A stretch of 13,755 bases of DNA from an uncultured Mycoplasma sp. (GCA_964430785.1 CAYSFJ010000014.1:1-13755); one strand, 5' to 3'; positions 1-8,535 are shown, counted from the stretch's first letter. Notes: generated by a model from the letters alone, not told the origin. A program made the numbers and translations.

Positions 1-870
1 TGGGTAGGTTAATGCTCCATTTCCATTACTTGTATTTACTGTGAATTTATCACTTTCTTCAGGACAAGTTAGTATTGGTGCTTTATTTGTGTATAATCTT
101 CCATATGCTCCATAGTAATAGTAAGCTCCTGTTGATGTCCAAGCTGCTGTTTGTGTTGATGATGCACTTCTATCATTACAGAATATTTGGTCTTTTGACA
201 CTAAAGTATTATCTTTTAACGTCGTTCCTGCATACCAGTTTTCTAATGTAGTTTTTATTGCACTTGATGTACTATTGCCGTGTTGCTCTCCTATTGTATA
301 CATATATCCTACATATTCTGATTTATCATAACTACTATTAAATGTACTTGATCTTATTTGTGTTCCTTCACCAGCCATAACAATTGCTGTACTACTTGTT
401 GGTGCGGTTGTTCCCGAATATATCATTCTTATACTTCCATCACCATTTATTCTAATTATTCTCCAGTATATATCATTTCCACTACTATCTTTTCCAAATT
501 TTACCCAATTATTATCAACTGCACCCCTAAAATAATATGATGTTCCTAAATCATCTGTTGCTGCATACATACCTTCATTTGTTGTTGCAGTAGTACTAAA
601 ATCTGGTGTTCCTTTTGTCTCAATTAAAGTAGCCCCTCCATTATTATTTAATATTAATTCCCAACCATTTAAAGTATCATCAATATCATCTGAATCATCT
701 ATATTATTTTTATCAATTTCATATATATAATTTTTAACATCATTTTTTATCATTTTAAAATTAACTCTATTATTAATATATGTTGTCATAATAAGTATTA
801 AAAGCATACAAAATACTAGAAAAAAAGTATAAATTGTTGCTGTTGAAATAAAACCTTTTCTATTCACCAT
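1..870 (-). CDS. Pilin-like / minor pseudopilin-like protein, N-terminal 290 codons (3' end lies beyond the window start)
   Basis: I translated the minus strand by hand from the ATG at 870..868 down to base 1. It gives 290 sense codons with no stop (MVNRKGFISTATIYTFFLVFCMLLILIMTT...DIYWRIIRINGDGSIRMIYSG...ALTYP). The N-terminus is a short basic leader, then KGF, then a hydrophobic helix, which resembles a class III (prepilin) signal but has Thr instead of Glu at +5. The start overlaps the stop of the upstream pilin-like gene by 11 nt. It is absent from the ORF track, presumably because no stop codon lies inside the window. Confidence 0.6.
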   Translation of the reverse strand, partial: MVNRKGFISTATIYTFFLVFCMLLILIMTTYINNRVNFKMIKNDVKNYIYEIDKNNIDDSDDIDDTLNGWELILNNNGGATLIETKGTPDFSTTATTNEGMYAATDDLGTSYYFRGAVDNNWVKFGKDSSGNDIYWRIIRINGDGSIRMIYSGTTAPTSSTAIVMAGEGTQIRSSTFNSSYDKSEYVGYMYTIGEQHGNSTSSAIKTTLENWYAGTTLKDNTLVSKDQIFCNDRSASSTQTAAWTSTGAYYYYGAYGRLYTNKAPILTCPEESDKFTVNTSNGNGALTYP

Positions 871-1678
871 AATACACCCACGAAATATAATATGCATTTT
901 CACACCCCATACTATAACTTATTTCATCTTGATTATAATAAGCCTCAACTTTTTCTTTATTAGTTTCATAAAAAGTAAAATCTGTTCCATTAATTATTTT
1001 TTCATTTATGCAATTTTTATAACTTGTAGAACTATAACTTGAACCATCTTTTTTTTCATAAAATATACCAATCATTATACTATTCTTATTTGCATCTGTT
1101 CCATTTATTGTAAGCATATATTCTTTTAAATTAATACCTGAGTAGCTTTCCGTAAAACTTAGAAAATTTTCACATTTATTTTTAATTTGATTTTCTTCAA
1201 AATAGTCTTTACCCTTATTAATACACTTTTTTATATTAGGAAGATCTTCAGTTCTAAGATAAATTAATGTTTTAAAATTATATAATGAATACACATTATT
1301 AATATAAGTATTATCATCATATATTGATTTATAATCTACTGCAGCACAGTCCATATTACTTGAATCATTATCTATATATTTAGTACAAAATTTAGATTCA
1401 CTACTAAATAAATATACAAAATTATTTTCTAAACTATTTTTATTATTTGTCTTTTTATCATTTATAGCGGCATTAAATATAGTATCATCTACCGTATTTT
1501 TAACTGCATTTCTAATATATGCGGTTTTATAAATATAAGCTATATCATCATAATATAATCTTTGTTTTTCATCATTAATATTTTTACTAAAATTTGAATA
1601 TAAAAAAATAAGTGTCGTTGTTAAAACAACAGTAATTATAATAGTTTCTAAAAATACAAAACCTTTATTATTTATCAT
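860..1678 (-). CDS. Prepilin-type N-terminal cleavage/methylation domain protein (type IV pilin / Com pseudopilin-like)
   Basis: ORF 860..1705. The internal Met gives MINNKGF|VFLETIIITVVLTT, with the canonical G(-1) F(+1) E(+5) prepilin peptidase motif followed by a hydrophobic helix. The track start at 1705 is a TTG lying inside a promoter-like element, so I prefer the ATG at 1678. Neither start has a convincing Shine-Dalgarno, so the start is uncertain. Confidence 0.6.
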   Translation of the reverse strand: MINNKGFVFLETIIITVVLTTTLIFLYSNFSKNINDEKQRLYYDDIAYIYKTAYIRNAVKNTVDDTIFNAAINDKKTNNKNSLENNFVYLFSSESKFCTKYIDNDSSNMDCAAVDYKSIYDDNTYINNVYSLYNFKTLIYLRTEDLPNIKKCINKGKDYFEENQIKNKCENFLSFTESYSGINLKEYMLTINGTDANKNSIMIGIFYEKKDGSSYSSTSYKNCINEKIINGTDFTFYETNKEKVEAYYNQDEISYSMGCENAYYISWVYYGE

Positions 1679-1695
1679 ATCTATCACTACTATAA

Positions 1696-1724
1696 AGTTT
1701 AGCAAATAAATGGTTAAATGTCAA
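1696..1724 (-). promoter_or_regulatory. Candidate sigma-A type promoter for the pilin-like genes (TTGACA-17 nt-TAAACT)
   Basis: The minus strand reads TTGACA (1724..1719), a 17-nt spacer, then TAAACT (1701..1696), about 18 nt upstream of the ATG at 1678. AT-rich DNA produces such matches by chance. Confidence 0.3.
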
Positions 1725-1886
1725 TTTACACAATAATGTATATAATAAGATATGGATAATTTTATAAAAAAAATATTATTAATTTTTATTATTAGTTTAT
1801 TTATAATCATTATATTTTATGAATTATGTTTTATAGTAATATTTCCATTTAAATCAAATATATTTATATTAAAAATAACAATATTA

Positions 1887-2783
1887 CTACTCATTATCAC
1901 TATTAATACCATAATATTCTTTCGTTAATTTTTCTGCTTTTAAAAGATATAAAATATTATTATGAACTTTAATAGTATTTTTTTGAATATCATCATTTTT
2001 TTCAAGCCTTATTGGAATATTTAATAATATAAAAAGTAAATCTTTTTCATCATCAGTAAGTTCAAAAGACGATAAATATTGCTCTAAAAATGGTGAAAAG
2101 TCCATATTTAAATATTCATTATGAAATAAGGTTATAAAATCAAGAATTGGAGTATCTATTTTATAATTATCCCAACTTATTAGTGATGAAGAATTTTCAT
2201 TATATATAAAGTGTTCCATAGAAAGATTATTATGAACTATACTTACCCTAACCTTTTCATTATCTTTTACTTTTTCATACCAATTATCAAGCCTATCTTT
2301 ACAAAATTTTATAGCTCCATTAATTTTTGAATAATTACGACAAAATAAATATTTATCAGGACTTTGATATTCATAAGATAAATTTTTTAAAAAAATACCA
2401 TTATAATAAGCATCTAAATATTTTAAATTATTATCTATATTTTCATATATTTCTTTATAATCATCTAATTTTACTTTTTTAAAATATACAGTTTTATTAT
2501 GAAGACTTGCTAATACCATAGATAATTCTAAAAGTTTTTGTTCCTCAAATATATTATCTTCCTTTACAAATTCAAAAAGGTTTTCTTCTTCGCGAAAATT
2601 TTTTATTAATTTTGGAAAATTATTAAAACCTCTTTTATTTAAATAATTAAATAATGTATATAAATCTTTATTTTCTTTTTTTAAAACAAATTTTCCTACA
2701 GAGGAATCTAATATTATAGCATTACTTATTTTAGTAATTCGATATGGATTATATAGATTTTTAATATATTCTAAACTATTCAT
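1887..2783 (-). CDS. CotS/YsxE-family spore-coat kinase-like (aminoglycoside phosphotransferase fold) protein
   Basis: 298 aa. It has a kinase-like layout with a catalytic-loop region IVHNNLSMEHFIY and a downstream ISWDNYKIDTPILDF segment resembling the APH/CotS hxDxxxxN ... iDwd...p..Dl pattern. Its start overlaps the stop of the spoVID-like gene by 8 nt, mirroring the spoVID-ysxE gene pair of Bacillus subtilis. Confidence 0.5.
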   Translation of the reverse strand: MNSLEYIKNLYNPYRITKISNAIILDSSVGKFVLKKENKDLYTLFNYLNKRGFNNFPKLIKNFREEENLFEFVKEDNIFEEQKLLELSMVLASLHNKTVYFKKVKLDDYKEIYENIDNNLKYLDAYYNGIFLKNLSYEYQSPDKYLFCRNYSKINGAIKFCKDRLDNWYEKVKDNEKVRVSIVHNNLSMEHFIYNENSSSLISWDNYKIDTPILDFITLFHNEYLNMDFSPFLEQYLSSFELTDDEKDLLFILLNIPIRLEKNDDIQKNTIKVHNNILYLLKAEKLTKEYYGINSDNE

Positions 2784-3414
2784 TTACTATTGGAACAAGT
2801 AATTTATCATTAATATTTATATCAGATATTCCATTTATATTTAATAACTCTTCCCTAGTTATATTATATTTTTTACATATACAATCAATATCTTCAGTTT
2901 CTTTTACAATATGTATATGGTAAGAAATATAATCATTTTCAGCATTAATGCCAGTAACAGTGGTTATCATATTATCATTTAATTTATCATTAGATTTATT
3001 TATATCTTCATTATTTTCAATTAAATCTTTTCTTTCTTCGATTAAATCAATTGGTTCTGGAAGTCTTTCTGTTTTTTCAAAAGTTGGTGTTTCTTTTTTT
3101 TCTTTAGCCTTTACAATATAATCAATTTTAATTAATAAATCTTTATCATTTAAATCATATGTAAAATTATCTATAGAAAACTCTAATGTATCAATATCAA
3201 TATTACTTGCTATTTCTACGTTAAATGGTAATGTATAAGAAAAATCTTTTTTATTTAAACTAAGTTCATATTCTTTATATGTTCCTTTTATAATAAAATT
3301 TCCTAGAACTTCTTTATCATTTTTAGTAAATTCATGTTCTAAAGATATACTAGATATTTCACTTATAGGTGTATCAAATTTCACTACTTTCTCAAAAGGT
3401 ATAATTAAATTCAT
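2776..3414 (-). CDS. spoVID: SpoVID-like spore coat morphogenetic protein (N-terminal SpoVID/SPOCS-like region, acidic linker, C-terminal LysM)
   Basis: 212 aa. The N-terminus (FEKVVKFDTPISEISSISLEHEF...VLGNFIIKGTYKEYE...PFNVEI...IDNFTYDL) follows the pattern of the SpoVID N-terminal domain as I recall it. The C-terminus (YHIHIVKETEDIDCICKKYNITREELLNINGISDININDKLLVP) is a LysM-type motif. An AGGAG lies about 10 nt upstream of the ATG. Confidence 0.55.
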   Translation of the reverse strand: MNLIIPFEKVVKFDTPISEISSISLEHEFTKNDKEVLGNFIIKGTYKEYELSLNKKDFSYTLPFNVEIASNIDIDTLEFSIDNFTYDLNDKDLLIKIDYIVKAKEKKETPTFEKTERLPEPIDLIEERKDLIENNEDINKSNDKLNDNMITTVTGINAENDYISYHIHIVKETEDIDCICKKYNITREELLNINGISDININDKLLVPIVNE

Positions 3415-3463
3415 AAAAAATCATCTCCTATCAAAAGATATGAAGACGACTTTTATTTTATTA

Positions 3464-3907
3464 CTATTTATTTTTAGAATCAATTATTATAGTTATTGGA
3501 CCATCATTTTTTATATTTACTAGCATATCTGCTCCAAAAACGCCACCATAAGTTTTAACATAATCATTTAAACTTTTTAGCATTTTTTCATAAATTGGTT
3601 TTGCAATATCCCTTTTAGCGGCCTTAATATAACTTGGTCTATTTCCCTTTGAAGTATCCGCCATTAAAGTAAATTGACTAATTAAAAGTATTTCACCAGC
3701 ACTTTCTAAAATGCTTTTATTCATAATGCCATTTTCATCATCAAAAATACGTAAATTAACTATTTTTTTTACTAAATAAGAAATATCTTCATCAGTATCA
3801 TCTGGAGTAATACCTACTAAAATACATAATCCCTTCTCTATTTTATTAATAAGTTTACCAGATACACTTACACTAGAATTTTTACTTCTTTGAATAACTA
3901 CTTTCAT
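3464..3907 (-). CDS. dtd: D-aminoacyl-tRNA deacylase
   Basis: 147 aa. MKVVIQRSKNSSVSV...IVNLRIFDDENG...ISQFTLMADTSKGNRPSY...DGPITIIIDS matches Dtd along its full length. Its start overlaps the rel stop as ATGA. Confidence 0.9.
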   Translation of the reverse strand: MKVVIQRSKNSSVSVSGKLINKIEKGLCILVGITPDDTDEDISYLVKKIVNLRIFDDENGIMNKSILESAGEILLISQFTLMADTSKGNRPSYIKAAKRDIAKPIYEKMLKSLNDYVKTYGGVFGADMLVNIKNDGPITIIIDSKNK

Positions 3908-6006
3908 AATCTTTTAACATCCTTTACATACCTTAATTTACAAACATTTTTAATAACTAAATCAATATATGAATTATCTTCAACTTTAATTTTAACAAGA
4001 TAATTTATTTCATCTATTGTTTCAATAGAAATAATGTAAACTTTAGGTATAGATATTTTAGCAATAATATCAGATAATTTATTTTTATTACTACTTAAAG
4101 TTATTTTAATAGAGCATATATAATCATTATGAACAGTATCAATCCATGATGCAGATACAGTTTTATCATCGGAATTTATAATATTTTCACAATTTTTTTG
4201 ATGAACTGATATACCATCATTTTTAGTTATAATACCAATTATTTCATCGCCTTTAACTGGATTACAACATTTTGCTAAATGAGTAAGAATATTAACTTTA
4301 CCATCAATTAATATATCACTACCAGATTTTATATTAATGTTTTTCTTAGTAGCACTAGTTTCCTCTTTAGGAATTATAATATTAACTATATGAGTAACAG
4401 TATATTTATACGATCCTATGTTAAAATATAATTCATCTAAATCCTTAAGTTTTAATTCCTTTAAAATAAGTTTTAAATTATCTTGAGATGTAACCATACT
4501 TTGAGGTATTTTTCTTTTTCGAAGTTCCTTTTCTAAAATATTTTTTCCACGTTCAATATAATTTTGTTTATCTATTTTAGAAAAATATGCTTTAATTTTA
4601 TCCTTAGCTTGTGTGGTCTTAACAATATTTAACCATTCCTTTGAGGGCGTACTATTAGTATTAGTTAATATTTTACATATATCCCCATTATGAAGAGGTG
4701 TATTAATGGAAACCATTATATCATTTACAATAGCACCAGTCATTGTATCACCAACTTTTGAATGTACTCTATATGCAAAGTCAATTGGTGTTGCCTCTTC
4801 AGGTAACTCTATTACATCTCCTTTAGGAGTAAATACATACATTAAATTACCTAAAATATTGCTTCCAACAACTTCATTAAATACTTCATCAGTATCATTT
4901 TCACTATTTTCAATAATTGAACGATATATTTCAAGTTTTTGCTCCATATAAGTTTGAATCTTTTTTGCACCTTTTTCTTTATATGACCAATGTGATGCAA
5001 TACCTTTTTCGGCAATTTCATCCATCTCATATGTTCTAATTTGAATTTCATAAAATTTTCCACCAGGACCAAATACCGTTGTATGAAGACTTTGATACAT
5101 ATTTTCTTTTGGAACTGCAATATAATCTTTAAATCTTGATGGAATTGGTCTAAATTTTGAATGGATTAAACCAACTACTGCATAACAATCACTTTCTTTA
5201 TCAACAAAAATTCTTAAAGCTAATATATCATAAATATCATCCCATTTTTTTCCAGCACTTAATTTATTATAAATACTATATACACTTTTTACTCTACCCT
5301 TTATTTCAAATTTAATTTCATTTTCATTAAGTAACGTGCAAATACTTTCTTGCATTTCAACTAAATAGTTATTTAAACTATCCACTGTTATATTAAGCTT
5401 TTCTAAAATATCATTATATACATCTGGTTTTAAATAATATAAACACAAATTTTCAAGTTCACTTTTAATTGAATTAATACCAAGTCTATGAGCAATTGGA
5501 ACAAGAACTGATAATGTCTCATTTGCAACCTTCTTTTGTCTTTCACTACTTATAGCATTAAATGTACGCATGTTATGAAGTCTATCAGCTAGTTTAATAA
5601 ATAATACTCTTACATCTTCGCTTAAACCAACCATTACTTTACGTAGATATACTGCAGCGCTTTCTGAATCATCTACCATTTCAAGATTATTAATTTTTGA
5701 TAAAGAAAATATTATTTTATAAGTTTCTAAAGAAAAATTTTTTACAATTTCCTTTTCTTCAATTTCATTAAAATCAAGAACACTATGAAGTAATGCACAT
5801 ATAATTGTTTCCTTATCTACATTTAAATCTAATAATATATTAGCAACTTCAAGACAATGTGATAATTCAGTATCACCATTTTTTCTTTTTATTCCAGAAA
5901 GTTTTTCTTTTGCATACTCATATGCTATTTTTATATCTTTTATATCATCTGGATTTTTTATTTTATTTAATACATAGTTAAATGTCATCATTTTTTTCAC
6001 CTTCAA
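3904..6006 (-). CDS. relA: RelA/SpoT-family (p)ppGpp synthetase, long RSH with HD-like, synthetase, TGS and ACT-like regions
   Basis: 700 aa. Motifs seen: KLADRLHNMRT, RVKSVYSIYNKL, RFKDYIAVPKENMYQSLHTTV, IQIRTYEMDEIAEKGIASHWSYKE, and a TGS segment FTPKGDVIELPEEATPIDFAYRVHSKVG. The start could also be Met6 or Met7 (5991 or 5988). See the finding on the degenerate HD motif. Confidence 0.9.
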   Translation of the reverse strand: MKVKKMMTFNYVLNKIKNPDDIKDIKIAYEYAKEKLSGIKRKNGDTELSHCLEVANILLDLNVDKETIICALLHSVLDFNEIEEKEIVKNFSLETYKIIFSLSKINNLEMVDDSESAAVYLRKVMVGLSEDVRVLFIKLADRLHNMRTFNAISSERQKKVANETLSVLVPIAHRLGINSIKSELENLCLYYLKPDVYNDILEKLNITVDSLNNYLVEMQESICTLLNENEIKFEIKGRVKSVYSIYNKLSAGKKWDDIYDILALRIFVDKESDCYAVVGLIHSKFRPIPSRFKDYIAVPKENMYQSLHTTVFGPGGKFYEIQIRTYEMDEIAEKGIASHWSYKEKGAKKIQTYMEQKLEIYRSIIENSENDTDEVFNEVVGSNILGNLMYVFTPKGDVIELPEEATPIDFAYRVHSKVGDTMTGAIVNDIMVSINTPLHNGDICKILTNTNSTPSKEWLNIVKTTQAKDKIKAYFSKIDKQNYIERGKNILEKELRKRKIPQSMVTSQDNLKLILKELKLKDLDELYFNIGSYKYTVTHIVNIIIPKEETSATKKNINIKSGSDILIDGKVNILTHLAKCCNPVKGDEIIGIITKNDGISVHQKNCENIINSDDKTVSASWIDTVHNDYICSIKITLSSNKNKLSDIIAKISIPKVYIISIETIDEINYLVKIKVEDNSYIDLVIKNVCKLRYVKDVKRL

Positions 6007-6217
6007 AATCTGATTTAGAAAGATTTAATATGTCACTTACCATTTCATATAAAGTAAGATTTTTACAATTTGACCACTTATTTTCTTTTAAAAAATTCCA
6101 TAATTTAACCTCACTTACATTAATACCTAATTTTTTTAACTCACAAACTTTTGTATTAAACGCTGGGTATAGTCTATTAAATAATTCATTTAATGATTCA
6201 AATTTTATTTCTTCCAT
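5978..6217 (-). CDS. Small ComN-like (post-transcriptional regulator family) protein
   Basis: 79 aa. The segment LGINVSEVKLWNFLKENKWSNCKNLTLYEMVSDILNLS resembles the core of the ComN/YrzD family as I recall it. It is co-oriented with rel and overlaps it. An A/G-rich stretch (AAGGAAAG) lies upstream of the ATG. The family assignment is from memory only. Confidence 0.4.
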   Translation of the reverse strand: MEEIKFESLNELFNRLYPAFNTKVCELKKLGINVSEVKLWNFLKENKWSNCKNLTLYEMVSDILNLSKSDFEGEKNDDI

Positions 6218-6321
6218 ACTTCTTTTTCTTTCCTTACTTATTTTACTAAAAATTATCTAAAAAGTCTATAATTTTTAAATCTGTTAATTTAATAGGATAT
6301 ATAAAATTTTATCTATTTAAT

Positions 6322-6350
6322 TTGCCCTTTATATTCTAAAATGATATAAT
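6322..6350 (+). promoter_or_regulatory. Candidate promoter for rarA-gpsA (TTGCCC-17 nt-TATAAT)
   Basis: TTGCCC at 6322..6327, a 17-nt spacer, TATAAT at 6345..6350. The -10 sits only 14 nt from the ATG, so the predicted transcript start would clip the AGGA ribosome-binding site. An alternative TATAAT lies at 6267..6272. Confidence 0.25.
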
Positions 6351-6364
6351 AATTAGGATGTCTT

Positions 6365-7561
6365 ATGAAAATATTAGCAAATAGTATTAGACCTAAAACA
6401 CTTGATGATGTTCTTGGTCAGCAACATTTAATTGGAAAAGGTAAAGTACTTAGAAATTTAATAGAAAATAAAAAAATGTTCTCATTAATATTATATGGAA
6501 CACCTGGAATTGGCAAAACAACTCTTGCAAAAGTAATTGCAAATGAAATGAATATGCCATATGAATTTTTGAATGCCACTCAAAATAATAAAGATGATTT
6601 TTTAAGAGCAATAAATGATGCAAGACTTTCAGGAGAAAAAATACTTATTATAGATGAGATACATCGTATGAATAAAGATAAACAAGATATACTTCTTCCA
6701 TATCTTGAAAATGGAACAATTATTTTAATAGGTCTTACTACCTCAAATCCATTTATAAAAGTAAATCCTGCAATAAGAAGTAGATGTACAATTTTAGAAC
6801 TAACTCCTCTTTCTAAGGAAAATATAAAAAAGGGATTAGAAAATGCATTAAAATATCTTCCTGATATTGATATAACTAGTGATGCTCTTACATATATTGC
6901 GGGTGCAAGTGGTGGAGATGTTAGATGTGCTTATAATATACTTGAAATATCTTACTATGCTTTTAAAAAAGATATTACTGTAGATAAGATTAAGGAAATA
7001 ATACCAAAGGCAAATGTTTTTATTGATGAAACAGATGATGGACATTATGATGCTTTAAGTGGCTTACAAAAAAGTATACGAGGAAGTGATATTGATGCTT
7101 CCCTTCACTACCTTGCAAGGCTACTTTATGCTGGAGATTTAGATTCAATTGAACGTAGGCTTTCTGTTATTGCTTATGAAGATATTGGTCTTGCAAATCC
7201 TGGTATTGGGCCTAGACTAGATAGTGCAATAAATGCAGCAGAAAGAGTTGGTTTTCCTGAATGCAATATTATTTTGGGAGCCATTGTTACTGAAATGGCT
7301 CTGTCACCAAAAAGTAATAGTACTACAATTGCAATAGATAAAGCAATTAATGATTTAAATGAAAAAGGTGCCACTAAAATACCAGATAATATTAGAACAA
7401 ATTCTAGTACATATTTGTATCCACATAATTATAAAAATCATTATGTGAAACAAAATTATATGCCAAAAGAATATATTGGAAGTAAATATTACTTACCTCA
7501 AGATAATAATATAGAAAATGGACTTAATAAAGTTTATAAAGAAAGGACAGATAAAAAATGA
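6365..7561 (+). CDS. rarA: Replication-associated recombination protein A (AAA+ ATPase, MgsA/RarA)
   Basis: 398 aa. N-terminal RPKTLDDVLGQQHLIG, Walker A GTPGIGKTTLA, Walker B ILIIDEIHR, and C-terminal HYDALSGLQKSIRGSD...ALHYLARLL...GD...IERRL...AYEDIGLANP typical of RarA. Confidence 0.9.
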   Translation: MKILANSIRPKTLDDVLGQQHLIGKGKVLRNLIENKKMFSLILYGTPGIGKTTLAKVIANEMNMPYEFLNATQNNKDDFLRAINDARLSGEKILIIDEIHRMNKDKQDILLPYLENGTIILIGLTTSNPFIKVNPAIRSRCTILELTPLSKENIKKGLENALKYLPDIDITSDALTYIAGASGGDVRCAYNILEISYYAFKKDITVDKIKEIIPKANVFIDETDDGHYDALSGLQKSIRGSDIDASLHYLARLLYAGDLDSIERRLSVIAYEDIGLANPGIGPRLDSAINAAERVGFPECNIILGAIVTEMALSPKSNSTTIAIDKAINDLNEKGATKIPDNIRTNSSTYLYPHNYKNHYVKQNYMPKEYIGSKYYLPQDNNIENGLNKVYKERTDKK

Positions 7562-8535
7562 AAATAGCAATGCTTGGAACAGGTGTTTATGGGCTTGCAA
7601 TAGCAAGTAAACTCGCTGAAAATGGAAATCAAGTTATAATGTGGACAGAAAATAAAGATAAAGAAAATGAATATCAAACAACACATAATTTAAAAAGTAT
7701 AAATGAAAGTTATAATCTTTCTGATAATATTGAAGTTACCTCAAATGTGCAAGATGCAATGAATGGTGCAAAAATAGTATTTTTTACTTGTGCATCAAAA
7801 TATACAAATGAAATTGCAAGTATGATTCTTCCCTACTTTGAAAAAAATATGATCATATGTATTGCAAGTAAAGGTATTGAAGAAAAAACTTGTCATTTAC
7901 TTTCTAATGTAATTAAATTTATTTTAAATGCAAAAAATATAACAGTTATATCAGGGCCAACTTTTGCAGTTGATATGCTTGCTGGAGAACCAGTTGCATT
8001 AGCAATCGCAGGAACTAATAGAAAAAGTCAAAATATAGTAGTTAAAGCTTTATCTTGTGATACAGTCAAACTTAGAATTTCAAAAGATATAATTGGAGTC
8101 CAAATATGTGGTGCTGTTAAAAATGTAATTGCTATTGCCTCAGGTATATTGGGAGGTTTAGGGTATTCAGAAAGTACAAGAGCATTTTTAATAAATGAAT
8201 CACTTCATGATATCAAAGATTTAATTTCTTTTTTAGGAGGTAAACCAAAAACTATACTTTCTTTTGCTGGAGTTGGAGATTTATTAATGACATGTATGAG
8301 TACAAAAAGTCGTAACTATTCATTTGGATATGTTATAGGTTCAACTAAAGATAAAAATAAAATTGATAAATTTTTAAAAGAACACACCGTTGAGGGATAT
8401 AATACTTTGAAAACTGTTATGCTCCTTTTAAAAAAGAAAAATATAAATATCGAACTTATATCACTTATCAATGATATAGTTGATTATAAAGAAAGTCCAG
8501 AAAAATTAAGTGAATTTCTTATAAACAAAAAATAA
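7558..8535 (+). CDS. gpsA: NAD(P)H-dependent glycerol-3-phosphate dehydrogenase
   Basis: 325 aa. N-terminal Rossmann motif MKIAMLGTGVYGLA, plus GPTFAVDMLAGEPVALAIAG and CGAVKNVIAIASGILGGLGY typical of GpsA. Its start overlaps the rarA stop (ATGA). Confidence 0.9.
   Translation: MKIAMLGTGVYGLAIASKLAENGNQVIMWTENKDKENEYQTTHNLKSINESYNLSDNIEVTSNVQDAMNGAKIVFFTCASKYTNEIASMILPYFEKNMIICIASKGIEEKTCHLLSNVIKFILNAKNITVISGPTFAVDMLAGEPVALAIAGTNRKSQNIVVKALSCDTVKLRISKDIIGVQICGAVKNVIAIASGILGGLGYSESTRAFLINESLHDIKDLISFLGGKPKTILSFAGVGDLLMTCMSTKSRNYSFGYVIGSTKDKNKIDKFLKEHTVEGYNTLKTVMLLLKKKNINIELISLINDIVDYKESPEKLSEFLINKK

Noticed and set aside
358-540. 60-aa plus-strand ORF from the track
   Set aside because: It lies entirely antisense to the long, uninterrupted pilin-like ORF (1..870, minus strand). 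The product is low-complexity, Cys/Thr/Ile-rich and has no ribosome-binding site. It is a shadow ORF.
1038-1050. Homopolymeric T8/A8 tract inside the pilin-like gene as a phase-variation switch
   Set aside because: Runs of 7-9 A or T are frequent throughout this AT-rich window, in both coding and non-coding sequence. A single tract is therefore not evidence for slipped-strand regulation without population sequence data.
1679-1705. N-terminal extensions proposed by the ORF track (TTG at 1705; also GTG at 12780, ATG at 13039, ATG at 13691)
   Set aside because: In each case an internal start gives a canonical N-terminus (prepilin leader, or an MKK/MNK-type membrane anchor). The internal starts also remove long overlaps with the upstream gene. 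At 13667 and 12762 there is a better-placed ribosome-binding site.
1752-1928. 58-aa very hydrophobic plus-strand ORF (MDNFIKKILLIFIISLFIIIIFYELCF...) in the gap between the ysxE-like and pilin-like genes
   Set aside because: There is no Shine-Dalgarno, only a TATAAT immediately upstream. It overlaps the 3' end of the ysxE-like gene on the other strand. Ile/Phe/Leu-rich ORFs arise by chance from A/T-rich sequence. Ribo-seq or conservation data could revive it.
4706-5120. ORFs 4706..4951 (+) and 4851..5120 (-) inside rel
   Set aside because: Both are embedded in or antisense to the well-supported rel/relA reading frame, have no recognisable motifs, and are typical alternative-frame ORFs of AT-rich DNA.
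5982-6260. 92-aa plus-strand ORF
   Set aside because: It is antisense to the ComN-like gene and the rel start. The product is Ser/Leu/Phe-rich and low complexity, with no ribosome-binding site.
6848-7374. Minus-strand ORFs 6848..7045 and 7174..7374
   Set aside because: They are antisense shadows within rarA, whose plus-strand frame has clear AAA+ and RarA C-terminal motifs.
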